Shown here piece after piece: positions 25,562 through 36,252 of a stretch of 64,000 nucleotides of DNA. Each line of letters opens with the position of its first letter. Positions within the stretch are counted from its first letter, which is position 1. The notes beneath the pieces are model-generated. The model did not search any database, was not told the DNA's origin, and worked only from the letters and a program-made list of their open reading frames with translations. Source of the stretch: an uncultured Planctomycetota bacterium (GTDB lineage: Bacteria > Planctomycetota > Planctomycetia > Isosphaerales > Isosphaeraceae); NCBI GenBank assembly GCA_963845755.1, contig CAWJTV010000011.1, positions 1,216,001 through 1,280,000 of the forward strand, in the 5' to 3' direction. Made by a program: the position numbers and the translations under genes.

Positions 25562-25690
25562 GAATGATGGATCGGGCAAGGGCCTGCGCACCTGATCTCC
25601 GGAAGTCTCGCGTGGGACGAAGCCGACCAGGCCGAGGACTTCAGCCATGGTGAACCTGGCCCGGACTTCAGCGAAGCGAATACCCGGCAT
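25562..25690 (-). pseudogene. N-terminal fragment of a CHC2 zinc-finger (primase-like) protein
   Basis: MPGIRFAEVRARFTMAEVLGLVGF...GDQVR then, with a frameshift, GPCPIH; truncated straight afterwards. Confidence 0.55.
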
Positions 25691-25762
25691 GGCGGCGGAT
25701 CTCTGGATCGGCCACGCTAGGGTCGATGGATGCGGCCGCTACTCCGATACCTCATTTCGTTG

Positions 25763-25796
25763 TGCAGGCCGGGTCAGGTGCAGCGCCTGCTTCGGC
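25763..25796 (-). other. Degenerate left half of an attC-like site
   Basis: Minus strand GCCGAAG-CAGGCG-CTGCACCTGAC-CCGGCCTGCA, 33 bp after a stop codon; complementary right half absent. Confidence 0.4.
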
Positions 25797-25829
25797 CCTT
25801 CCGTGCGGATCCTGCGGTTCGCTATCTCA

Positions 25830-26690
25830 TTAGCGAATGTTCAGCCGATCGACTGGGACCTTGAGATAGTAGGTGAACGCGCCGAGCAGGTCGCCCTCCT
25901 CGGCGTTCGCGTGACAGTGTAGACAATCCGCCTTCGCGCGGATCGCGCCGAACATCCGCGTCGGTGCTTCTCGGGTCCACACCAGTTCCTCGCAGCGGCG
26001 CAGGGCGTCGAGGCCGAGGCGCTCGAACTCGTCGAGCGGCCGCCGTTTCGCTTGCCGGGCGAGCGGCGGCGTCGCTACCTCGTCGAGCACGTACACCGAA
26101 GGCTCGTCATCGGTCAGCAGGCTGACCAGTTCGACGCGGTCAATGTCCCGCGATGCGACCTCACCGCCGCGATCATTCTTGAACCAAAACATACGCATGT
26201 ACCCGAAACCTGATATGTTCTTGAATAAGAGAACAGTGAGGTCGTGGACATAGTACGGTCCGGTCGCCCACTTGGTGTTTTTCGGGGCGCGTTCGATGGA
26301 ACGGCAGTAGGTCGGCGGCATCGGCTCGGCGGGTTTGGGCAGCAACGTGCGGCCTTCCCATCCCTTCAACACCCCCTCGTAGTTCAGGCCGTTCTCCCGC
26401 TTTGGATCGCCGGCGGGCCGTACGGCTCGCCGGCTCCGCTCCGCCTTGCGAACGTCGTCGAGCGTCGTTGGCGGAGCCCATGTGCATTCACGGTTCCGGC
26501 TCTGCTCCGCTTTGCGAACGTCGTCGAGCGGCTCCGCGGGCACAATCGGCTCTTGGGGCGAACCGGCGAACGGCGTCGGCTCCTGAGACGGGTCGATTCG
26601 CGCAATCGGGCGGTAATTCCGATCGACGGAGAAAATGGTGCCAACCCCGCAAGCAATCGCGACGGCCAGCATCACAAAAAGTTTGGCCAT
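25830..26690 (-). CDS. Secreted single-heme c protein with DUF3365 (Tll0287)-like C-terminus, paralog A
   Basis: GGAGG RBS, signal peptide, RMFGAIRAKADCLHCH...GDLLGAFTYYL. Confidence 0.75.
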   Translation of the reverse strand: MAKLFVMLAVAIACGVGTIFSVDRNYRPIARIDPSQEPTPFAGSPQEPIVPAEPLDDVRKAEQSRNRECTWAPPTTLDDVRKAERSRRAVRPAGDPKRENGLNYEGVLKGWEGRTLLPKPAEPMPPTYCRSIERAPKNTKWATGPYYVHDLTVLLFKNISGFGYMRMFWFKNDRGGEVASRDIDRVELVSLLTDDEPSVYVLDEVATPPLARQAKRRPLDEFERLGLDALRRCEELVWTREAPTRMFGAIRAKADCLHCHANAEEGDLLGAFTYYLKVPVDRLNIR

Positions 26691-26746
26691 GTGAGCAGCC
26701 TCCGGTACGAACGCGGGTCGAACGCCTGGCGAGCGCGGTTTAAGCT

Positions 26747-28236
26747 CAATACCGTTTAAGGAAGCATAACCACTGTCTCTGCAAAGGTTTTCTTCAAGGG
26801 CGGAATGTGTCGATGTTTGGATCGTTTCTTTTTCCACTTGGACATTTTACGCTTGATCACTCGCGGATTGATCCGGTTCCTCCGCATTTCGTCATCGGTG
26901 CGCTCCCCCTGCATCTCCCACAATAATCCCTGGTACCACTCCTCGAACGCCTCGGGGGTCGAGCTGTTGCATTCTGGCAACCGGCACTTGAGGATCTGGA
27001 AGCACCCCAGAAACGACAGCCGATCCGGGTCCAGCCCCACGGTCCCGGCGGCCGCAACCATCAAGGCTCGGATCACGAAATGACCCAGCGACAGCGCATA
27101 GATCTCCTGGATCACCCCCGCCGGGGTCTCGCTTCGCATCTGTGCCGGCTTGGTCGCCCGCCGCGGATCATGATGGGTCTTTTGCTCATCATAGACCAAC
27201 TCCTGTTCCCATCTCTCGTGATAAAGAATAATCAATTCTTCAGCAGGATAAAGCTCCGCGTCAAGGAGATTCGTGATCAGCACATGAGTTTCACCGTGTC
27301 CGACTCGTTGCGGGTCGTCCAGTGTATAGCGGATCACCCGGACGACGATCCCATCCCGATCGATCTGACGGTCGTAGCAACCCCGATAAATCTTGGCCAG
27401 GTACGAGCCATCCGCCAGGTTTTGGATCGACTTGAGGATCAAGCCGCTTTTCACGCGTGCCAACAGCTGGACGCCCCGCAACATCGCCGTTTTCCAGTGG
27501 TCATAGCTGAAAAACCCGCGATCCTCCAACAGGAGCATCTCCGGAGTCAGATGGCGGAGCAAGCCGCCGACCATCGACGGTTCGCCGTGGGCGATCGACC
27601 GGACCACGAAGGCCAGTTCGATGTGGGTCCCCAATTCGACCAGGCTCAGCTTGCGGACTTGGGGGAACGCGCCGTCGCCGCGCGGCCCGGCCGAGGGCGC
27701 GGCGAAGGCCACGGCGTTGGCCTCCGAGTCGGGGACATCGTAGACGGTCCCATCGATGCCGACCAGGCGGAACCCGCGGTAGAAGGCTCCGGGCGTATCG
27801 GGCCGGGCCAGAGGATGAACGACGTGCTCGAACAGGTGGCGGACCGGCGCGATGCCCAGGCGTTGCCGGGCCACACACAGGCTGGATCGATGGGGACTCT
27901 CCTCGCCGACTCGGAGCCGGCGTGCATGCTTGAAGACTTGGCGGATCGGCAAGTCGGTCAACAGCCCCATGGCCAGGACCACCCAGCAAACAATCTCGTG
28001 GGTCAGTGTGCAACGTCGTTGATTGGTTTTACCGGTGGCCGCGAGGACTTGGCGAACGGCCTCGGGCGAGATAATCTGTTCCAGTCCCGCCAAGCGATCC
28101 AAGATCCGGCCCGACGCATCGGGCGGCAGCGTGCAATGTCCGTGCGGCATGCGAGTCATGGCCTCCGTGTTGCTTGGGTCGTGAGTAAACCCAAAGTAAC
28201 AGGAGGCTGTGGCTTGCGCCTATTTCAACGGTATTG
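26747..28236 (-). mobile_element. Complete IS4-family insertion sequence (1490 bp)
   Basis: Terminal IRs CAATACCGTT(T/G)AA; perfect 10-bp target duplication GGTTTAAGCT at 26737-26746 and 28237-28246. Confidence 0.93.
26756..28159 (-). CDS. IS4-family DDE transposase
   Basis: IDGT, DRGF, YHERWEQELVYDEQK (YREK-like), QEIYA, RINPRVIKR; uninterrupted 467 aa. Confidence 0.95.
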   Translation of the reverse strand: MTRMPHGHCTLPPDASGRILDRLAGLEQIISPEAVRQVLAATGKTNQRRCTLTHEIVCWVVLAMGLLTDLPIRQVFKHARRLRVGEESPHRSSLCVARQRLGIAPVRHLFEHVVHPLARPDTPGAFYRGFRLVGIDGTVYDVPDSEANAVAFAAPSAGPRGDGAFPQVRKLSLVELGTHIELAFVVRSIAHGEPSMVGGLLRHLTPEMLLLEDRGFFSYDHWKTAMLRGVQLLARVKSGLILKSIQNLADGSYLAKIYRGCYDRQIDRDGIVVRVIRYTLDDPQRVGHGETHVLITNLLDAELYPAEELIILYHERWEQELVYDEQKTHHDPRRATKPAQMRSETPAGVIQEIYALSLGHFVIRALMVAAAGTVGLDPDRLSFLGCFQILKCRLPECNSSTPEAFEEWYQGLLWEMQGERTDDEMRRNRINPRVIKRKMSKWKKKRSKHRHIPPLKKTFAETVVMLP

Positions 28237-28289
28237 GGTTTAAGCTCGTGGGCCGAATCCATGGCATCCCAGAGACGGTCCCGGTTCAG

Positions 28290-29492
28290 TCATAGCGATG
28301 TGACCATCAGGAACCCGTCCTTGACCGTATAGATCAGGCTGATCGATTTCAACAGCCGGTCCAGCGCCGACTTCAACGGCTCCCCCTTCGCGGTAAACGA
28401 GACCGGCGTCGCGAGTGTCTTCTCGGCCTCCTCGAGGCCCATGGGGTCCACATAGATCGGGATGCCGCGATCGTTCGGGCCCCTGCGAGTCGCGGATGTG
28501 ATGAGCTTGAACACATCTTCCAATGATGTCTTTTCGAACCTCAGGTCGATCTTGTCTTCGAGCCGATCCAGGATGAGCTTCGTTGCCGGGTCGGGCTCGA
28601 GGAGACGTTCGCCATCTGATTCGCGAATGTTCAGCCGATCGACGGGGACCTTGAGATAGTAGGTGAACGCGCCGAGCAGGTCGCCCTCCTTGGCGTTCGC
28701 GTGACAGTGTAGACAAGCCGCCTTCGCGCAGATCGCGCCGAACATCCGCGTCGGCGCCTCCCGGGTCCACACCAGTTCCTCGCCGCGGCGCAGGGCTTCG
28801 AGGCCGAGGCGCTCGAACTCGTCGAGCGGCCGGCGTTTCGCTTGCCGGGCCAGCGCCGGCGTCGCCATCTCGTCGAGCACGTACACCGAAGGCTCGTCAT
28901 CGGTCAGCAGGCTGACCAGTTCGACGCGGTCGATGGCCGGCGACGCGACCGAGACGCCGCGATCATTCTCGAAGATGTCCATGCGCCAGAACCCAAAACC
29001 TGAGCGGTTCTCGAATAAGTGGACCGTGCCGTTGTGGACACCGTACAGTCCGGCCGTCCGTGTGGTGAGTGTCGGGGCGCATTCGATGGAACGGCAGTAG
29101 GTCGGCGGCATCGGCTCGGCAGGTTTGGGCAGCGACGTGCGGCCTTTCCGTCCCTTCAACACCCTCTCGTACAAGGCAGGGATCTCCAGCGTCTCATCCG
29201 GCGGCATCGTGCCGCCTTTCCGTCCCTTCAACACTCTCTCGTATTTCCGGCCGTCCCCCCGCTTTGGATCGCCGGCGGGCCGTACGGCTCGCCGGCTCCG
29301 CTCCGCTTTGCGAACCCCGTCGAGCGGCTCCGCGGGCACAGTCGACTCTTGGGACGAACCGGCGAACTTCGTCAGCTCCTGAGGCTGGCCGATTCGCGCG
29401 ATCGGTCGATTATTCCGATCAGCGGAAACAATGGTGCCAACCCCGCAAGCAATCACGACGGCCAGCATCACGAAATGCCGAAGTTTGGCCAT
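28290..29492 (-). CDS. Secreted single-heme c protein (DUF3365-like) with an extra C-terminal STN-like domain, paralog B
   Basis: Near-identical to paralog A (CLHCH) plus IDLRFEKTSLEDVFKLI...IPIYVDP.GL...PLKSALDRLL...YTVKDG. Confidence 0.78.
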   Translation of the reverse strand: MAKLRHFVMLAVVIACGVGTIVSADRNNRPIARIGQPQELTKFAGSSQESTVPAEPLDGVRKAERSRRAVRPAGDPKRGDGRKYERVLKGRKGGTMPPDETLEIPALYERVLKGRKGRTSLPKPAEPMPPTYCRSIECAPTLTTRTAGLYGVHNGTVHLFENRSGFGFWRMDIFENDRGVSVASPAIDRVELVSLLTDDEPSVYVLDEMATPALARQAKRRPLDEFERLGLEALRRGEELVWTREAPTRMFGAICAKAACLHCHANAKEGDLLGAFTYYLKVPVDRLNIRESDGERLLEPDPATKLILDRLEDKIDLRFEKTSLEDVFKLITSATRRGPNDRGIPIYVDPMGLEEAEKTLATPVSFTAKGEPLKSALDRLLKSISLIYTVKDGFLMVTSL

Positions 29493-29953
29493 GTGAGCAG
29501 CTTCCCGTACGAACGCGGGTCGAACGCCTGGCGAACGCGGTTTAAGTGATCTCGCCTACCCTTGACATGCAAACCGATTTTATCCCCACGAGACTGACAC
29601 CGCCAGGTGGCGCGGCCAATTGGCTGCATTCACAACAAACATCAATGATCGCATGCAGGTTCGCGCTCTTGCTCTTAGGCCGTCGAGCTAGGGTTCACCC
29701 AATCGTCGGATGGTCGGACTCCGGACCCGATCGGAGGTCATCGTGGCTCGACTGGCGATGCCTCGAGTCCGGGGACGCGAACCGAGAAGAGGAACCCATA
29801 ACAGGGCTGCACGGCCTCAAAGGGCGGGAAGCAACAAGTGTACGAATCCAAAAAATGTTGGGATTTCGTTATAAAGAAGTGGGCCGGACTCAGACCGGCT
29901 TCGGGAGGTCCCCGTGTTGCCGACCGGCAACCGATCAACCTCCCCTTGTGTCA

Positions 29954-30166
29954 TGGGCAGGACGAGAATGCCTGCCATCTCCGGCCCTCACACGGGAAAA
30001 ACGACGTATGGACATGGGGCTTCATCTTCGATCGTACCAGTGACGGTCGAAGTCTCAAATGGCTGAATATTGTTGATGATTATACTCGAGAATGCCTGGT
30101 GTTGGAGCCGCGCCGGGCATGACGGCCGAGGAGATCCGGGTCATCCTGGCCGAAGTCGCGGCGACT
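29954..30166 (+). pseudogene. IS3-family OrfB (rve) remnant
   Basis: NDVWTWGFIFDRTSDGRSLKWLNIVDDYTRECL; the first catalytic Asp (WxxDF) reads Gly; truncated. Confidence 0.8.
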
Positions 30167-30699
30167 TGTGAGACGGATGTGCCTATCGATGAAGACCCGC
30201 TCGATCCATCGTCTACTGTATGAAAGAACAGGTAATTCCCATTATCACTGGATCAAGAAATGGGGAGCAGGCCATACGGCTCCGCGCAATCCACAGGCAT
30301 TATTTTTTTGAGAAAAATTTTATCTCTTATCCCTGTTGAGGGTTCGGGAGCGAAAAACCGTAACTTCGGGCATAGGTGCATTAACGGTTTTCCAAAGCTG
30401 AGGCATCCTGATCGTAGAGGGCCGCACTATCACTTCCCGCCGCGTCCGAGTCGTCATCAAACTATGTCAGGGGATAGCCGAACACGTCACCGTCCGCCAT
30501 CGGCTGGTCGCAATCCAGACCCGAGCGGACCGACTCAGCAGGCGTTCGTCCCGAACTCGCTTCAGGCCAACGAGATCGGGGATGGAGGCCTTTCCAATTG
30601 ATAACAAGGTGTGCCACTTTGTGCCACGATCCGGCCCTGGGGGTCGCACGAGGCGGTGGCGCGGGACGTCCCGGTCATCACGGCGAGCTCGGGCCTGGG

Positions 30700-30925
30700 G
30701 CGGGGCCGGCAGGCTCGCTGATGGTGATGTTCGCTCGGGATGCGGCAGCTCCAAACCGGCCGACCACCGCGCCGCCCTGGAAGCCCACGTCAAGCGAATG
30801 ATGGAACTGCAAAAGCGGGTTGAGAGATTGAATCGAGACCTCTTACCGAACACGCAGGAGTACGAGGCCGTATGGTACGTCCTGGAAGCGCGGCTCTGGT
30901 TGGAGCGGGCGAAGACCGAGTCATC
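30700..30925 (+). pseudogene. Fragment of a planctomycete helical domain (as at the C-termini of extended ECF sigma or secreted proteins)
   Basis: KPADHRAALEAHVKRMMELQKRV...EAVWYVLEARLWLERAK; upstream part degenerate with no credible start. Confidence 0.4.
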
Positions 30926-30967
30926 CCCCTCGCTCGAGTGCGGAACCGGGTGGGCGCGGAAGGGGAG

Positions 30968-32750
30968 TTACCCAACCGGATTCAGCTCATCGGCCGCCGC
31001 ACGAGCCAGCTCCTCGACGCCGACCCGGTCGCAGAAGTCGCCGAACGATTCATCATCGAGGCGCTCGTCCTTGAAGCGGACGAACACGGGCAGAAGCTCG
31101 GCAACGACGCGGTCGTAGGGGACGTAGTCCTTGAACTCGACGTTGAGGCGATCGCCCTGGGTTCGTCCGCCCAGGAAGATGGTGTACGTGCCGGGTCCGG
31201 GTGTGCCGTCGGCCTGGACGTGGGCCGAGCGCCCGACCAGTCCGATGTCGGAGTTATACGGGCGGGCGCAGCCGTTGGGGCAGCCGGTCATCCGGACGGT
31301 GAACCGCTCCTGGTCCAGGCCCAGGCGCGCCAGCTCGAGCTCGAGCTGGTCGATCACGCCGGGCAGGGCGCGCTCGGCCTCGGTGACCGCCAGGCCGCAC
31401 GTCGGCAGGGCAGGGCAGGCCATCGACCATCGCCGGACCGTCGAGATCTCCTCGACCGTCGCAATGCCGTAGTCTTCGAGCCATCGTTCGATCGCCGGCC
31501 GCCAGGATGGCTCCAGGTCGATCAGGAGGATCGACTGCTGGCAGGTCAGCCGGCCGGGCGTCCGGTACTTCTCGAAAAACGCCCGCAAGCCGCTGAGCAG
31601 CCGGTACGAGCCCTGGTCCTTGATCCGGCCGTTTTCGACGGGCAGGCCCAGGAAGAGCTTGCCGTCCTCCTGACGATGCCAGCCCAGATGGTCGTCGACC
31701 TCATGGACGAGCGCCGACTTCGGGTCCATCACCGGATGGCCCAGGTATTCCTCGATCTTCGCACGGAAGGCCGGAAGTCCCCAGTCGTGGATGATGTACT
31801 TCAGCCGCGCCCGCTTCCGATCGGAGCGGTTGCCGAAGTCGCGGAACACCTTCAGCACGGCTTCGCCGATCTTGAGCACGTCGGCCCGGTTGACGTAGCA
31901 AAGCGGGACGGCCAGGAAGGGGAACGTCTTCTGGGCGCTGGGTGTCGTGCCCAGGCCGCCACCGACCAGGACGTTGTATCCGACCAGCCGGCCATCGTTG
32001 ACGATCCCCAGGTAACCCAGGTCGTTGGCGTGGATGTCGGTGCAGTTATCCTCGGGCAGCGCGAAGGCCGTCTTGAACTTGCGCGGGAGATACGTCTTGC
32101 CATAGAGCGGCTCGACCGGATCGTCACCGGCGGTGGGCACTTGCGCCGGACCGGCCGGCGGCAGCGATTGGATTTTCTCGCCGTCCAGCCAGATGTCCCA
32201 GTAGCTCGTGGACCTCGGTGCGCAATGCGAGGCCCAGCGCTGGGCATCGGCATGAAGGAGCTCGCGAACCGAATCGGTCAGGGGAGCCGGGCAGCAGAGC
32301 ACGTTCCGCTCCACGTCGCCGCAGGCCGCCAGGGTTGACAGCAGGCTCTCGTTGATCCGACGGATCGTGGCCTTGAGGTCTTCCTTCAAGACCCCGTGGA
32401 GCTGGAACTCCTGCCGGGTCGTGATCCGCAGGGCGCCGTTGCCGATCGTCCGCGCCATGTGGTCGCAAGCGAGGTATTGCTCCGCCGTTAACCGACCGCC
32501 GACGATCCGCACCCGCACCATGAACTGGTGCGCCTTCTCTTTGCCTTCCTTCTTCAACGTCCTCCGGAGGTCGCGGTCGTCCTGCTGGTACGAGCCGTGG
32601 AACTTGAGGATCGTCGCTGCCTCTTCGCTGATGTGCGACGAGCCATTGTTCACCTCGTCGATCAAGAGCGTCCTGAGATACTCGCTGGCCAGCTTGATCG
32701 CCTCAACCTTGCTCGGCTTCGGTGCCGCCGGCCGGTCTGGTCGGCTCCAT
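30968..32750 (-). CDS. cysI: Siroheme/[4Fe-4S] sulfite reductase hemoprotein (CysI/Sir type; frameshift near the start)
   Basis: LKFHGSYQQDDRD, RITTRQ, ACGDVERN, YLPRKFK, ACPALPTCGLA, RMTGCPNGCARPY. Confidence 0.88.
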
Positions 32751-32968
32751 GGACTCCTTTGACCTCCCAGGTCGAAAGTTCAGCTTTCACGTGAAGATTG
32801 TGATGTTTATTGTATAAACGAGGTGGGGATAAATCAACTGCTCAGCAGGCCAGAAGGTGATTGAGGAACGGGCCGGCAGGGGGTTGGACGCGGCGGCCCG
32901 TTCGGGGCGTAGACGCGATCCCCGATCCCGGCCTCTCGACAATCACGATTTCCCTTCCGTGGACCGAA

Positions 32969-34200
32969 TCAGCGGGGAATCGCCGGGGACGCGGGTATAT
33001 CGGGAGGAGCGGGGACGTTCAGAGGCTGTTCGAGCACGGCGCCATCCTTCTTGACGGCATCGGCCTTCTTCTTTTCCGCCTGGCTGCGAATCGCCTGATC
33101 GAGTTGCCGGACGATCATATCGGTGTTGTCTTCGACCGAGGCGGTGCCGGGAGCCGAGAAGACGAACTCGGTGACATTGAGGGGGGCGTTGAGTTTGACG
33201 TCGGTGTATTCGAGGATGATCTTGGTGGGTTCGACCGTCTCGATCGAGCTCAACGAGCCGATGGGCCGGCCGTCGGGGCCGCGCTTGCGGGTGTCCATCT
33301 CCGGGTGCGCTTTGAGGTCGACGACGACCGAGGGTTTCTGACCCTGGATGATGAGTTTGTAGGGCCAGGAGTCGTCCTTGCCGATGTAGAGTGAGGCGAT
33401 GCCGGGGATATAAGACGGCAACATCCCCATCTGGGGGACGGGTCGGGAATCGGGCCCCATCAACCCTTGCCGGGTCTTCCACTTTCCGCGGAAGATCCAG
33501 ACGGGCTTGCCGTCGAGGGTCCCTTCCTCCCTGGTTTCGAACCGGAAGAGCTGGCGGAGGCCGACCAAGAGGGTCTCGGGGCCGGCCAATCCCATCTGGC
33601 CAAGGGCCTGTTCCTTGAGCTTCGGGTCGAGCTCGGGGGAGCCGAGCCGCTCCACGATCGGTTTGATGCTCAACTTGCGATAGGTCTGAGTCTGGAGGAC
33701 CTGCTGGTAGTCCCACAACGTTTCGCCGTCGCAGATCTGAAGGGTGGTCCCGCCGGTCTCGGGGAGGCCGGAGACCGTGAGCCGGAGGTACACGCGATGG
33801 TTGGGAGCCATGCGATAGTCGCCCCGGATGGTGAGGTGCTCATTCAGCATCTCGACAGTTTCCACCACCTTGGCCACCACCGATTGGAGCTTGGCAAGCT
33901 TCGCGGTCGCCTCGTCGATGAGGCGTTCGGCCGGGGTCGGGGGCTCCTCGGCCTTGGGAATGGCGGGTTCCTGCGCGGCGACGCTCCCCGGGAGCGCGGG
34001 CATGACCGGCCCGGTTGGCGGCGCCGGGGCGGCGCCGGGCGTCTGGCCGCCGATCCGCGGGTCCTGGGCCGAGGCGGCGCAAACCACCCGGACAGGATGG
34101 CCAGGCCGAGCATCGACGCGGCGCTCAGGAGACAGGCACCGGTCCGCGGGGAAGGGACGCGGTTGGGGGCCCAGCGACGGGGACTCGACGGCTCGGTCAT
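32969..34200 (-). CDS. LolA-like outer-membrane lipoprotein carrier fold protein (frameshift at about 34090)
   Basis: Signal-like N-terminus, LQICDGETLWDY, LYIGKDDSWPYK, ILEYTDVKLNAPL...FVFSAP. Confidence 0.6.
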
Positions 34201-34773
34201 TCGGAAAGACTCCCGGGAACCAGGTCGGTGGCCATCTCCCGTGTCGATTCCATCGGCCGTGACGGCATCGCGACTCGAACGGGTCCACCAAAACACGGCG
34301 CCCGGCACGGAAGGAGATGATCCGATTATTAAGTCTGATTGGGATGTACGGCAATTCCTCAAGGGTCGCGGAGGAATGCCCGATCATAATCGCTAGGCGT
34401 CAGGAGACGCAAGTCCGCGTTTCGTCCTGAGAAAATGTCCGAGGACGGCGTTCGGCCGATGTCGGGTGGGTGAAGCTCACCAGGATCGGGCCGCTTCGCG
34501 GTGGGGTTCAACACCCGACTGGGTCCTCGGATCGTCTCTTGAGTCCTGAGCATGGGGTTCTTGCTGGCCCGGGAGTTCGGAAGCGGCGACCAGGGACGAT
34601 GAGGACCCAGGGACTTGAGGACCCATGGACGAGAGGCCCGGCTCGGCCCAATCCGACCGGTCCGAGTCGGTCGCGGTCAATGTTAGGAAGACAAGCATTC
34701 TCCCCGCTCGACGGATTCGGGTCCCACCGGCTTCGGGCCGGCCCGGTCTGTGCGAGGGAGTTGGAGGATTTCC

Positions 34774-35829
34774 ATGCAAGCATTTGGAATGCTGCTGCTG
34801 GCGGCAGCGACCGCCGGCGACGGATTTGGATATAGCGAGCCGGGCGTCCGGCTCAAGAAATGGTTGCGTCCCCACGCCGTGGTCTCGGCCGACGCGCCGG
34901 GGCCGCCGCAGTACACGGCCGCCTCGATGGGAACGGGTGGACCTACGGGTGCCACCCCGGGCCGGCGGTTCGTCAGCACCCGAAGCCAGATCTACTTCCT
35001 CGACCCCAATGGGATGCAGATCGGCTGGCAGACCGGCGGCGGGTCCGGCAGTGAGCGGTCCTACGTGCCCGCCCAACTGACCGTGCCGGCCCGCTACAAC
35101 TTCAATCAGGGCTATATCTACCGGCTGAAACTCACCACGATTCCCGGTCGTCCTGCCAACGTCACGCTGTACCCGACCATTGAGGTGGCCCCGACCACAC
35201 CGAGTACGGACGCGTACCTGGCGCATAACGCCATCCCGGTCCAGTTCACGCCCGAAGACTTCGATCAGGTCCTCGATGGCGGCAACTTCGTGACCAAGGT
35301 GATCTATCTGCCCGATCCGAAGTTCCAGGAGCTGGCGGTCTCGGGCGTCGAGACCCTGGTCTCGACCCGCTTGGAGCCGGGGATCGACCCGATCCTCGAG
35401 GCCGACAAGCGCGGGACGATCCTGCTGATCGTCCGGCTGGGTGCCATCGACCTGGAGATGCCCGGTGGTGGTAGCGTCCTGGGCGGTGCGGCGAGCGGTC
35501 CGGCCGGCGGCGCCACCGTTGGCGGCCACCCCGCCACCATGACCGCGCCGGCCGGCGCCCCGGGCGTGATGGAACTGCCGCCCGGCGCCCTGCCACCGGG
35601 CATGACGCCCACGCCGCCGGTGGCCCCCGGCACGGTCGTGCTCGATCCGCCCGCGGCGGCGGCGCCCGCGGCGGGGACGCCCGTGGCCCCGGCGCCCGTG
35701 GCCCCGGCGACCAATCCTGCCCCGGGCCCAGGACCCCAAGCCGCGGCCCGCACCTCCGGCGAAGTCGCCGGGCCCGTCGCGGTCGCTCCCGACCCCGCCG
35801 ACCTCAAGTCGATGGAGTCTACCCCCTGA
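34774..35829 (+). CDS. Conserved-looking secreted hypothetical protein with a Pro/Ala-rich tail
   Basis: GGAGG RBS, signal-like N-terminus, globular core [12 protein letters not shown]...[10 protein letters not shown]. Confidence 0.75.
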   Translation: MQAFGMLLLAAATAGDGFGYSEPGVRLKKWLRPHAVVSADAPGPPQYTAASMGTGGPTGATPGRRFVSTRSQIYFLDPNGMQIGWQTGGGSGSERSYVPAQLTVPARYNFNQGYIYRLKLTTIPGRPANVTLYPTIEVAPTTPSTDAYLAHNAIPVQFTPEDFDQVLDGGNFVTKVIYLPDPKFQELAVSGVETLVSTRLEPGIDPILEADKRGTILLIVRLGAIDLEMPGGGSVLGGAASGPAGGATVGGHPATMTAPAGAPGVMELPPGALPPGMTPTPPVAPGTVVLDPPAAAAPAAGTPVAPAPVAPATNPAPGPGPQAAARTSGEVAGPVAVAPDPADLKSMESTP

Positions 35830-36252
35830 TCCGTGGATCAGTGGTCAATTCGCGCGTTGAACAACCCCAGCCCCGTTTTAGCAAGGTCTCCCGATCTTGC
35901 CATGCGGCCGACCGTAGGTCTCCCTGCTCGGGAGGCCTACGGTCCCCTCTCACGGCGGGGTCGGGAGACCCGCGCCGAACCGTCGTCTGTTCCGAAAGGC
36001 GGTCCAACGCCCGGCCGCAACCGATCTCTCGCGGTGACCACGAGCGTCAGCCCGTGGTTCGCACGGGGGACCTCCAACCTCGCACGTCAGTGCGATCCCC
36101 TCAGCCGTTTCGGACTGACGCCCGAGGCTAGCGGACGTTCGTCCCGTCCGAACCACGAACTAATGTGCGTGGTCACGACGGGTCGCGCCCAGAATCCATC
36201 GGATGCCTCCCGATGGAACAGACATCAGAAATCTGAATATTTGAGGATTCCC

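Noticed and set aside
25830..29492. Paralog variable segment as a diversity-generating retroelement VR/TR pair
   Set aside because: No reverse transcriptase is in the window, both copies are full genes, and the differences do not look confined to adenines.
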